A stretch of 60,925 nucleotides of DNA from a virus (IMGVR_UViG_3300030419_007265:1-60925), one strand, 5' to 3'; shown: positions 54,061 to 60,455, counted from the stretch's first letter. Numbers and translations are program-made. The notes: generated by a model from the letters alone, not told the origin.

Positions 54061-54306
54061 TTATTCTTTTTCTAGTTTGTTTATATATCTATTTAAATCG
54101 CAGCACTCTTCAAGTAAATGTATAGCGGTAGCCCTCCAAAATTTACCAACGTCACGCAAAGCTTCATTTTGGTCTCTGAGCTGTTCTAAATTAACTTCAA
54201 TGCCAGTAACATGCTTAAGAGTATTGTCTATGAGAGGACAGGTGTCAGCCGGTATTTCAGGGCAATCCTCTTTTAGTTCTTTGTATCCTTTAGCTGGAAA
54301 ATTCAT
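54061..54306 (-). CDS. Hypothetical coiled-coil protein
   Basis: ATGA overlap with the upstream gene; TCPLID...LEQLRDQNEALR. Confidence 0.6.
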   Translation of the reverse strand: MNFPAKGYKELKEDCPEIPADTCPLIDNTLKHVTGIEVNLEQLRDQNEALRDVGKFWRATAIHLLEECCDLNRYINKLEKE

Positions 54307-54650
54307 TCTCTTCGTTTCCAATACTTATGTTCGTAATCAGGTGTGTTTTCTTGAGCAATTGCTTCCTTCCATACTGCAGATGAATTTTTATCAATTAACC
54401 CATGATTACACGAATGAGTATTAGGTGATGGTTCCCATCGTCTAGCTAACGCATACATTTGCTGCTCTTCATAATGTAGCATGTGACACAAAAAAGAAAA
54501 CTTCCTCAAGATGCTTCTTTTTGGGGGAGGATTAATTCCTTTTTCTATTTTACGCCACATTGATTTTGGAATTCCCAGTAGTTTGCACAGCTTGTCAGTA
54601 TTCTTAAAATATTTTTGCCTATATTCTTTTATATAGGTATGAAACTTCAT
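54303..54650 (-). CDS. XRE-type HTH protein
   Basis: LCKLLGIPKSMWRKIEKGINPPP. Confidence 0.7.
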   Translation of the reverse strand: MKFHTYIKEYRQKYFKNTDKLCKLLGIPKSMWRKIEKGINPPPKRSILRKFSFLCHMLHYEEQQMYALARRWEPSPNTHSCNHGLIDKNSSAVWKEAIAQENTPDYEHKYWKRRE

Positions 54651-54665
54651 TTCAAGTAAATTACA

Positions 54666-54905
54666 CTACTTTTTAATTTTCACTGGTTCGTGCTGTCTGG
54701 TTGTGTAAATATGGTGCAATTCATCATATGCTTCATTATAATTCCATCTTGGGCATTTAAAAGACATAGTTCTGTGCTTGGGATAATCTTCTTGCCATAC
54801 CCATGTTCCAGAACAGCCACAAAAGGCTATCGCTAAAGAAACGTACAATAAAGTATGAATAAGCCTATGAATGGCGCTGTTGCTATGATTAAATATTCTT
54901 TCCAT
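54666..54905 (-). CDS. Small lipoprotein-like protein
   Basis: Hydrophobic stretch then FCGC. Confidence 0.5.
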   Translation of the reverse strand: MERIFNHSNSAIHRLIHTLLYVSLAIAFCGCSGTWVWQEDYPKHRTMSFKCPRWNYNEAYDELHHIYTTRQHEPVKIKK

Positions 54906-54987
54906 TGGGATTTAAATTCATATCGTGCGATATTATACAGGCATGCAAGGTTTTCCTTAAAAGTAAGTTTTTTAACGAGTCTTGCCA

Positions 54988-55290
54988 CTATTCCCTCTCT
55001 CTTCTGGATGGTTGCCTACTTGGGACACCTTTACTTATAGAACGGCTTGTAGGGGGCGTCTCAGGCCTACTAGGAGGCATAATCTGACGAGGGGAGGGTA
55101 AAGGTTTTGATTCATGTTTACGGGATCGCTTTTTATGATGGCGATGATGGTGATGATCGTAATAATGATGATCGTAATGTATATACCGTACTTCGTGCGT
55201 ATGATAGTGTCTAGTGTCTACAGATTCCCAACCACACGACTCACATCCTGTATTTAAAATTATAATTAAGGTTAATATTAAAATTCTCAT
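54988..55290 (-). CDS. His-rich lipoprotein
   Basis: LNTG-C lipobox; HYDHHYYDHHHHRHH; Pro/Ser-rich tail. Confidence 0.6.
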   Translation of the reverse strand: MRILILTLIIILNTGCESCGWESVDTRHYHTHEVRYIHYDHHYYDHHHHRHHKKRSRKHESKPLPSPRQIMPPSRPETPPTSRSISKGVPSRQPSRRERE

Positions 55291-55454
55291 CTTACTCCTG
55301 ATCCTTGTCGATAAATAGGCGCATCGGAACTATTTTTTTTGATAACTTTTTTTGAAGGTTGACTTAACAGAGAAAAACCAAGTATAACGAGCGCAGCAAT
55401 TAAAATAGAAGCAATACCCCACTTATCATTGAATATAGAATTTTGTAACTTCAC
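55287..55454 (-). CDS. Small membrane protein, 55 aa (below track cutoff)
   Basis: GTG overlaps the upstream TGA and its TGA overlaps the next ATG; WGIASILIAALVILGFSLL. Confidence 0.55.
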   Translation of the reverse strand: MKLQNSIFNDKWGIASILIAALVILGFSLLSQPSKKVIKKNSSDAPIYRQGSGVR

Positions 55455-55672
55455 TTTTTAATTTTCTTTCTTATTTTTTTAAAACCTTGTATTATTAAAT
55501 CTTTAATAATAAATGGCGATAAAGCAATGCACCCTAACACATAAAAAGCTTTGTCTCCAATTCCTAGAGTTTTCACTTTTTTTTCCTTCTTAATCATTTC
55601 ATTTATAGCTTTTAGTGTTTCTTTATCTGCATTCCATCTTTTATCTTCCCAAGACCACACGGTAATCTTCAT
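55451..55672 (-). CDS. Hypothetical small membrane-associated protein
   Basis: 73 aa with one hydrophobic segment. Confidence 0.5.
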   Translation of the reverse strand: MKITVWSWEDKRWNADKETLKAINEMIKKEKKVKTLGIGDKAFYVLGCIALSPFIIKDLIIQGFKKIRKKIKK

Positions 55673-55853
55673 TATTAAATTTAAGTAGCTGTTTAGTCTA
55701 TATGAAAATATTACACTTGTTTAACGTAAAGCAACATCGCTTTGTGCTCAGTACGGTGCATTATGCACCTTTGAGCTCAAAAGTTTTGGTGCAAAATAAA
55801 AAACTTTAAATAATATTATTTTTTTCTTGGAAAGGCAAAATAATTTAAAAAAA

Positions 55854-56618
55854 TTATTCTTTCCTTGGTTTCCCATTTAAAATCCAATGAGAAGGCAATG
55901 ATCCTTCAAAATGAAGGGAAATATTTTTATTACTCTTATTTAATACCCAAATTGGGGTTCCAGCTGAAATAACATGATTTGGAATCATCCACTCTTCAAA
56001 CTCATCATCATAAGAATTAATTAACCATCCATCATGATAATCATAATCATAAACAACAATATCAGAATTAGATCCAAATAATGATCCTATTGTATTTGTT
56101 TTGTAAGAAAAAGGAACTGTAATCATCGAAAATCCAACGGGTACCACTTGCGAATAATAATAAATGGATTTTTCATTTGATAGCCGCGGTGTTGTAATTT
56201 TATCGCTTTTTTCAAGAATATATCCTTTTACATATCTTGGAAAATTTTCCTTTACATCTCCCCATGTGTAATTCTTTGTTGCTTTTATAATAAGATAATC
56301 TTCGTTTCCTGCATTGTCAGGAAATCCTGTGTCCCAATTTGAATAAGAAAATGACTCTTCAGTTACCCAGCGCCAATTCCCTTCTTCTTTTTCATCTGTA
56401 GCTCCAAGCCAATAATAAGTAGATTCAATATTAGGCATTAATTCATTTATTTGTTTTTGTTCTACTTCATTAGTTATTGTCGCCAAGTGACCTCCTTGTG
56501 CTTCAGCGTGTGCTTTTGCTTCGTGCCAAGTAAAAGCTCCCTCAACGATTTCGTAGGATGTTGCGTTGAGTGAAAACAGACTCATAAAAAGAGCCCCAAA
56601 AATAAATAACCTGTTCAT
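55854..56618 (-). CDS. Secreted C-type lectin-domain protein
   Basis: Signal peptide; TWHEAK...GGHLATI...WLGATD...EG.WRW...YSNW..G.PDN...W.D. Confidence 0.88.
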   Translation of the reverse strand: MNRLFIFGALFMSLFSLNATSYEIVEGAFTWHEAKAHAEAQGGHLATITNEVEQKQINELMPNIESTYYWLGATDEKEEGNWRWVTEESFSYSNWDTGFPDNAGNEDYLIIKATKNYTWGDVKENFPRYVKGYILEKSDKITTPRLSNEKSIYYYSQVVPVGFSMITVPFSYKTNTIGSLFGSNSDIVVYDYDYHDGWLINSYDDEFEEWMIPNHVISAGTPIWVLNKSNKNISLHFEGSLPSHWILNGKPRKE

Positions 56619-56625
56619 GGAAGAA

Positions 56626-56653
56626 AAAATATCATGTCTGAATTTTATGTCAA
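56626..56653 (-). promoter_or_regulatory. sigma70-type promoter, probably leaderless
   Basis: Minus strand TTGACA-16-TATTTT with TG extension, 7 nt before the ATG at 56618. Confidence 0.5.
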
Positions 56654-56820
56654 TCTTTTTTTATCTATCGTCCACTTATTTTTGCATGTGCTCTTATTTT
56701 TTTTAAATTGGAATAATGTTATATTGTATAATTTTGAAGTCGATATTGAAAAATACCACCCCCGGCCACGCAGAGCGAAAAGAAGACCCTCCAAATCGAC
56801 GTAATAGGGTGCGCCGGTTG

Positions 56821-56853
56821 CCCCCTCCCCCCTATTAAAGCCCCTTTTCCCCC
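56821..56853 (-). other. G-quadruplex-forming motif
   Basis: Minus strand GGGGG-AAAA-GGGG-CTTTAATA-GGGGGG-A-GGGGG. Confidence 0.6.
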
Positions 56854-56899
56854 TAACTTTCACCCTAGAAAAAAAAATGAAAAAAAGTGAAAATAATGC

Positions 56900-56927
56900 T
56901 TGCGTTTTTTGAGATCTGTGATATACT
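56900..56927 (+). promoter_or_regulatory. Early promoter P1
   Basis: A-tract, TTGCGT-16-TATACT with TG extension, 10 nt to ATG. Confidence 0.8.
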
Positions 56928-56937
56928 GTTTTGCGTT

Positions 56938-57108
56938 ATGAGGGAAACCTTGAAAGAAAACAAAAAGTTGGTCTGCCAAGAGTGTGGCAGAGAGGACGGA
57001 GCCAAGAGCGATTGGGAAGGCTTCATCAGCGTGTCGGAGTGGGGCAATGAGCATGACTTCGGAACAATCTGCGACGAGTGCCAAGAGGATCAAATCGACA
57101 GCCTCTAA
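56938..57108 (+). CDS. 56-aa zinc-ribbon protein (MRETLK...)
   Basis: CQEC...CDEC; start set by the promoter pattern. Confidence 0.7.
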   Translation: MRETLKENKKLVCQECGREDGAKSDWEGFISVSEWGNEHDFGTICDECQEDQIDSL

Positions 57109-57136
57109 AAAAAATAAAAAAAGTTGAAATAAACTG

Positions 57137-57164
57137 TTGACTTTCAAAAAAATTGTGATATACT
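57137..57164 (+). promoter_or_regulatory. Early promoter P2
   Basis: TTGACT-16-TATACT with TG extension, 10 nt to ATG. Confidence 0.85.
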
Positions 57165-57174
57165 GACTTCCGTT

Positions 57175-57456
57175 ATGAGAGATAAGAAAACATTCCTAAA
57201 CGCCACCTTCAAAGTGGAGAAGAACCCAACCTACACCGGCAATCACTACATGGCCCGTGTCCACCGAGTGTTAAACAACACTTACCCGCTTGGCACAACC
57301 GAGCAGGAGATGATTGACCAGTACCACAACAGCGTGGTGTTGGAGAAAGACATCGACGGAAACAAGGTGCTGGCTGGCGACATTCACCGCGTGGTTGAAG
57401 TATCCTTTTATGAGGATTCGATTGCCGACAATGACTTGAGAATCACACACGATTAA
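57175..57456 (+). CDS. Hypothetical early protein (MRDKK...)
   Basis: 93 aa with its own promoter. Confidence 0.75.
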   Translation: MRDKKTFLNATFKVEKNPTYTGNHYMARVHRVLNNTYPLGTTEQEMIDQYHNSVVLEKDIDGNKVLAGDIHRVVEVSFYEDSIADNDLRITHD

Positions 57457-57469
57457 TTAAAATTTTCTG

Positions 57470-57498
57470 TTGACTTTAACATCTGAATAGATAATAAT
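57470..57498 (+). promoter_or_regulatory. Early promoter P3
   Basis: TTGACT-17-AATAAT, 10 nt to ATG. Confidence 0.65.
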
Positions 57499-57508
57499 TT
57501 TTCCAGTT

Positions 57509-57688
57509 ATGACATATTGCACACAGACACAAGCTTACAGATTCCACAGTTTAACTGATAACACAGACAGATATATAAAAGGATCAAACAACTTTCCATA
57601 TGGCGCACCTGCCCCAATCGAAGGGGATGAAATCCCCTTCGAATGGGATGACAAAAAAGATGTTGACGCCGACAACAAAACCAATTAA
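57509..57688 (+). CDS. 59-aa hypothetical protein (below track cutoff)
   Basis: MTYCTQTQAYRFHSL...DVDADNKTN; GTTATG start. Confidence 0.65.
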   Translation: MTYCTQTQAYRFHSLTDNTDRYIKGSNNFPYGAPAPIEGDEIPFEWDDKKDVDADNKTN

Positions 57689-57691
57689 GAT
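57663..57691 (+). promoter_or_regulatory. Early promoter P4, embedded in the 3' end of the upstream ORF
   Basis: TTGACG-17-TAAGAT, 10 nt to ATGAGAGAT. Confidence 0.7.
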
Positions 57692-57701
57692 TTTTGAAGT
57701 G

Positions 57702-57995
57702 ATGAGAGATACAAACACAAACAACAACGGGGCCTTTGAGCCACACCAACGCAATCTTGGAGAAGAAGAATCCAAGCAGGACAACAGCACGCGCAGCGAA
57801 TCATTCGAAGGGATGGGCAGCCTGAGTGCTGAAGATATGCACGGCCTGAAAGATGCTATCGACAAAGGGTACAAACACTTTGCTCGGCAGACACACAACA
57901 CCAAAGGCCAGAAGGTTGACCGTCGGCATATGCTCAGCCCAGCCGACCAAGCCAACTTCAGCTACGGCAAGAAGGATGAAAGGGGGGACGCATGA
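57702..57995 (+). CDS. 97-aa hypothetical protein (MRDTNT...)
   Basis: Start reassigned from 57600 by promoter spacing and the MRD start. Confidence 0.7.
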   Translation: MRDTNTNNNGAFEPHQRNLGEEESKQDNSTRSESFEGMGSLSAEDMHGLKDAIDKGYKHFARQTHNTKGQKVDRRHMLSPADQANFSYGKKDERGDA

Positions 57996-58117
57996 GCCGA
58001 GATCGAATTGATGTGAAGCCCGATCTGAAAGCAGCAGATCAAATAATAAGAAAACATCTTCGACGACTCGACCCACCCCGCGAAGAAAAAAAAGTTGAAA
58101 AAAAGTTGCGAAAGGGG

Positions 58118-58146
58118 TTGACCTTGAGAAGATTACTTGGTAAGAT
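58118..58146 (+). promoter_or_regulatory. Early promoter P5 with hairpin leader
   Basis: TTGACC-17-TAAGAT with TG extension; leader contains GGTTC-GAAA-GGGCC. Confidence 0.75.
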
Positions 58147-58186
58147 ATTTTCACCGGTTCGAAAGGGCCACAATAAAAATAAAGTT

Positions 58187-58402
58187 ATGATGACCACAGA
58201 AGAAATACTAAAGCAGATCGAGAGCGTACCACGCCACCAGATCACCTACACTCGGCAGGATGGCCGCACCAACGAATACACGGTAGCCATCACCGAGCGT
58301 CACGCCGACCACATTATCGGCTACAAGTTCCAGAACGGCGAAAGCTGCGGAATACGTCGATTCAACATCGACCAAATAGGCATCCTCGAGCCGGTCACTT
58401 GA
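58187..58402 (+). CDS. Stand-alone WYL-like (Sm/SH3-fold) protein, 71 aa; in-frame longer form from 57992 possible
   Basis: ITYTRQDGRTNEYTV...IIGY...GIRRFNIDQI resembles the WYL pattern Y...G..R ... R.F..DRI. Confidence 0.6.
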   Translation: MMTTEEILKQIESVPRHQITYTRQDGRTNEYTVAITERHADHIIGYKFQNGESCGIRRFNIDQIGILEPVT

Positions 58403-58984
58403 CCGGCCCGAGTTTGAATGGAATCTTTGGCGGTGGTCGCCAGATTTTTTACCCTTTACCATAAAGTAAACGACCACGCATCTGACAGGGCAGATATAAA
58501 ATAACCCTGACGCTTTTTGAAAATTTGAGTTGGCGAGTAAAGGTCTAGCGGCCTGACGCCTCCTTTGCCCACGGTTTGCCAGATATACCTACGGGTCGGT
58601 GCACGTTGAAAGGCAATGTTAAAACACCTCTCCTTTTGCAAGTGTTTTGATTAGACGGCCTAAGAAGGGACAAGGATGGTAAGACATCTTACGCTTGATT
58701 ACTGGTGGCGCGGTAACAACTCAATTAATTTTCTCTCTCGACGGAGGGAGATCGGTGTGGCTGAATAAATCTTCGCCTAGAGGATTAAGGCACGCTCGAT
58801 GAGACTAACGGCCAAGTGGCAGAGGAATTATCGGGTGGTTTGAGTAGGGATCACTGAAACTTGATCTAGGACTCGAAAGATGTAGGTACTCAAGAAATCC
58901 TACCACCAAATTTTTTTTGTAGGCCCGTGTGTGCGCTGTCTACCTCATAACACTAAACACCCCGCGAAAGCGGGGTGTTTTTTT
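58385..58984 (+). ncRNA. Putative large structured ncRNA (~600 nt)
   Basis: No plus-strand ORF of 60 aa or more; more than 12 stems, UNCG/GNRA loops, several pseudoknot pairings, ends in a terminator. Confidence 0.7.
58955..58984 (+). terminator. Intrinsic terminator
   Basis: AAACACCCCGC-GAAA-GCGGGGTGTTTTTTT. Confidence 0.92.
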
Positions 58985-58985
58985 G

Positions 58986-59032
58986 TTGACATCTAACGGC
59001 CGGCGGGCCTGCGCCCAACCGTTAGAGTCAAG
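58986..59032. repeat. Fixed-spacing inverted repeat, copy 1
   Basis: TTGACATCTAAC-N23-GTTAGAGTCAAG. Confidence 0.85.
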
Positions 59033-59075
59033 CAAAATCGCTTAAAAAAAAATAAAAAAAAAATTAAAAAAAGGG

Positions 59076-59103
59076 TTGCAATTTTCCAGAACTGTGATAT
59101 ACT
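59076..59103 (+). promoter_or_regulatory. Early promoter P6
   Basis: Long A-tract, TTGCAA-16-TATACT with TG extension, 10 nt to ATG. Confidence 0.85.
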
Positions 59104-59113
59104 TTTTTCTGTT

Positions 59114-59269
59114 ATGAGAGATACGATTCAAGTTGAAGAGGTTTTTGAGGCTAGCACTGAAATGGTTTCCTGCACTTGTTGCGGGTGTGGTGAGCAGCAC
59201 CACATCGACCACGATGAGGCTGCCGAGTGGTCTAATCTAGATCGGTTCATGTGCTGGGAGTGTGAATAA
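59114..59269 (+). CDS. 51-aa zinc-ribbon protein (below track cutoff)
   Basis: MRDTIQVEEVFEASTEMVSCTCCGCGE...MCWECE. Confidence 0.75.
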   Translation: MRDTIQVEEVFEASTEMVSCTCCGCGEQHHIDHDEAAEWSNLDRFMCWECE

Positions 59270-59272
59270 ATC

Positions 59273-59413
59273 ATGAGCGATAATATAAAATCTTTTGGTG
59301 GGATGCTGCTGCGCCAAGCGCAGATGAAAGAATGGAAAGCAATCCCCGAAGCTGAACGTCCCACATGGGAGCAGTTTAAGCGCGGATTAAAAAGGAAAAA
59401 AAATTCAAATTAA
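59273..59413 (+). CDS. 46-aa hypothetical protein (below track cutoff)
   Basis: MSDNIKSFGGMLLRQAQMKEWK..., 3 nt after the upstream stop. Confidence 0.55.
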   Translation: MSDNIKSFGGMLLRQAQMKEWKAIPEAERPTWEQFKRGLKRKKNSN

Positions 59414-59416
59414 TGC

Positions 59417-59444
59417 TTGCTTTTTTCTGAGAGTCTGATATACT
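59417..59444 (+). promoter_or_regulatory. Early promoter P7
   Basis: TTGCTT-16-TATACT with TG extension, 10 nt to ATG. Confidence 0.85.
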
Positions 59445-59454
59445 AATTTTTGTT

Positions 59455-59640
59455 ATGAGAGATATGTTTGACAATATGTACACGGTTCGGATCGCCAACT
59501 CTGGCGATGTTGCTGGTTTCCCGCGTTCGCACGATGGTCTTGAAAAGGCCATTATCTTGGCCGATCGCGAGGGTACTGAGGTCGCCCTTGATGGTGAGGT
59601 TGTCTGGTCTCCAGAATGCGGCAAAAGAAGATTAGATTGA
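59455..59640 (+). CDS. 61-aa hypothetical protein (MRDMF...)
   Basis: Own promoter; MRD start. Confidence 0.75.
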   Translation: MRDMFDNMYTVRIANSGDVAGFPRSHDGLEKAIILADREGTEVALDGEVVWSPECGKRRLD

Positions 59641-59647
59641 TTTAATG

Positions 59648-59696
59648 CTTGACACCTAACGGCCGGCGGCCTGCCCGGCCGGCGTTAGAATGCAAG
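59648..59696. repeat. Fixed-spacing inverted repeat, copy 2
   Basis: CTTGACACCTAAC-N23-GTTAGAATGCAAG. Confidence 0.85.
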
Positions 59697-59739
59697 CGAA
59701 ATGCGAAGAAATAAAAATAAAAAAAAAGATATTTTAGCG

Positions 59740-59767
59740 TTGACTTTTTCTGAGTTTGTGGTACACT
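59740..59767 (+). promoter_or_regulatory. Early promoter P8
   Basis: TTGACT-16-TACACT with TG extension, 9 nt to ATG. Confidence 0.85.
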
Positions 59768-59776
59768 GTTTTCGTT

Positions 59777-59977
59777 ATGAGAGATAATATTAGTTGTGAA
59801 GAGGTTTTTGAGTTGGACGCGGCCGCACGTGCGGAGTTTCATGCGGTGTGCGATGAGTGGAATGATGAGGCTGTCCGTGCGCAGGACGCCGAGATGGTCA
59901 AGGCCGAGGAGGAGGAGGAGGAGCTGTGCTGGTGCAAGTTCTTTGAGTCGTGCCCCACTTGCTTCGGCAAGAAGTAA
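59777..59977 (+). CDS. 66-aa acidic Cys-rich protein (MRDNISCEEVFE...)
   Basis: Own promoter; EEEEEE run; CWC...CPTC. Confidence 0.75.
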   Translation: MRDNISCEEVFELDAAARAEFHAVCDEWNDEAVRAQDAEMVKAEEEEEELCWCKFFESCPTCFGKK

Positions 59978-59988
59978 GACCTAAAAGG

Positions 59989-60036
59989 CTTGACATCTAA
60001 CGGGCCGCGGCCCCCCGCCGAGGCGTTAGAGTCAAG
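59989..60036. repeat. Fixed-spacing inverted repeat, copy 3
   Basis: CTTGACATCTAAC-N23-GTTAGAGTCAAG. Confidence 0.85.
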
Positions 60037-60079
60037 TAAAAAATAAAAAAAAGTTTTTTTATTTTTTTTAAAAAATGTC

Positions 60080-60107
60080 TTGTATTATTCGGAGAGTCTG
60101 GTAAAAT
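60080..60107 (+). promoter_or_regulatory. Early promoter P9
   Basis: TTGTAT-16-TAAAAT with TG extension, 10 nt to ATG. Confidence 0.8.
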
Positions 60108-60117
60108 GATTTCTGTT

Positions 60118-60240
60118 ATGAGGGATAAGAAACAAGAAGTCGAGACGATTACCTTGAATGGGCGCGTCTACGTTGTGAACAATGATCCGAAGCACCAACG
60201 CCGCCAACGGGCTGGCTACTATGGGAGGAACCCGAAATGA
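60118..60240 (+). CDS. 40-aa hypothetical protein (below track cutoff)
   Basis: MRDKKQEVETITLNGRVYVVNNDPKHQRRQRAGYYGRNPK. Confidence 0.7.
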   Translation: MRDKKQEVETITLNGRVYVVNNDPKHQRRQRAGYYGRNPK

Positions 60241-60455
60241 GTAGTCCGTTTGATGGAATCGATTGGGATCACTACATGGCCACCTTCCCAAAGGCCACCG
60301 CACCTGCGCCAAAAAAAGTTGATCCGCTATTAAAGAAGGCAATCGCTCGAGCTTCTATGTTGCTTTTCTTGAATGAACTGAAGCCGACCAAGAGCGCAAA
60401 AAAATTGGCTGAACTGGAAAAAAGTGCTTTACTTGTAAAAAAATTTGTGAAATAA
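60237..60455 (+). CDS. 72-aa hypothetical protein
   Basis: ATGA overlap with the upstream ORF. Confidence 0.55.
   Translation: MSSPFDGIDWDHYMATFPKATAPAPKKVDPLLKKAIARASMLLFLNELKPTKSAKKLAELEKSALLVKKFVK

Noticed and set aside
57600-58186. Track starts at 57600 and 57992
   Set aside because: 57600 overlaps the 57509-57688 ORF and precedes P4. The 57992 extension reads through the A-tract and P5, so the shorter starts are preferred, although the ATGA overlap leaves a long form possible.
58834-58908. tRNA or tmRNA 3' end (ends ACCACCA)
   Set aside because: No T-loop TTCRA, D-arm or proper cloverleaf; treated as a domain of the larger RNA. No canonical tRNA gene was noticed elsewhere.
58986-60036. 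Canonical integron attC sites or a CRISPR array
   Set aside because: The core-to-core span is 37 nt, shorter than known attC sites; L boxes are not evident, the last base breaks GTTRRRY, and no integrase is in the window. Copies are separated by whole genes. Kept as an unexplained repeat.
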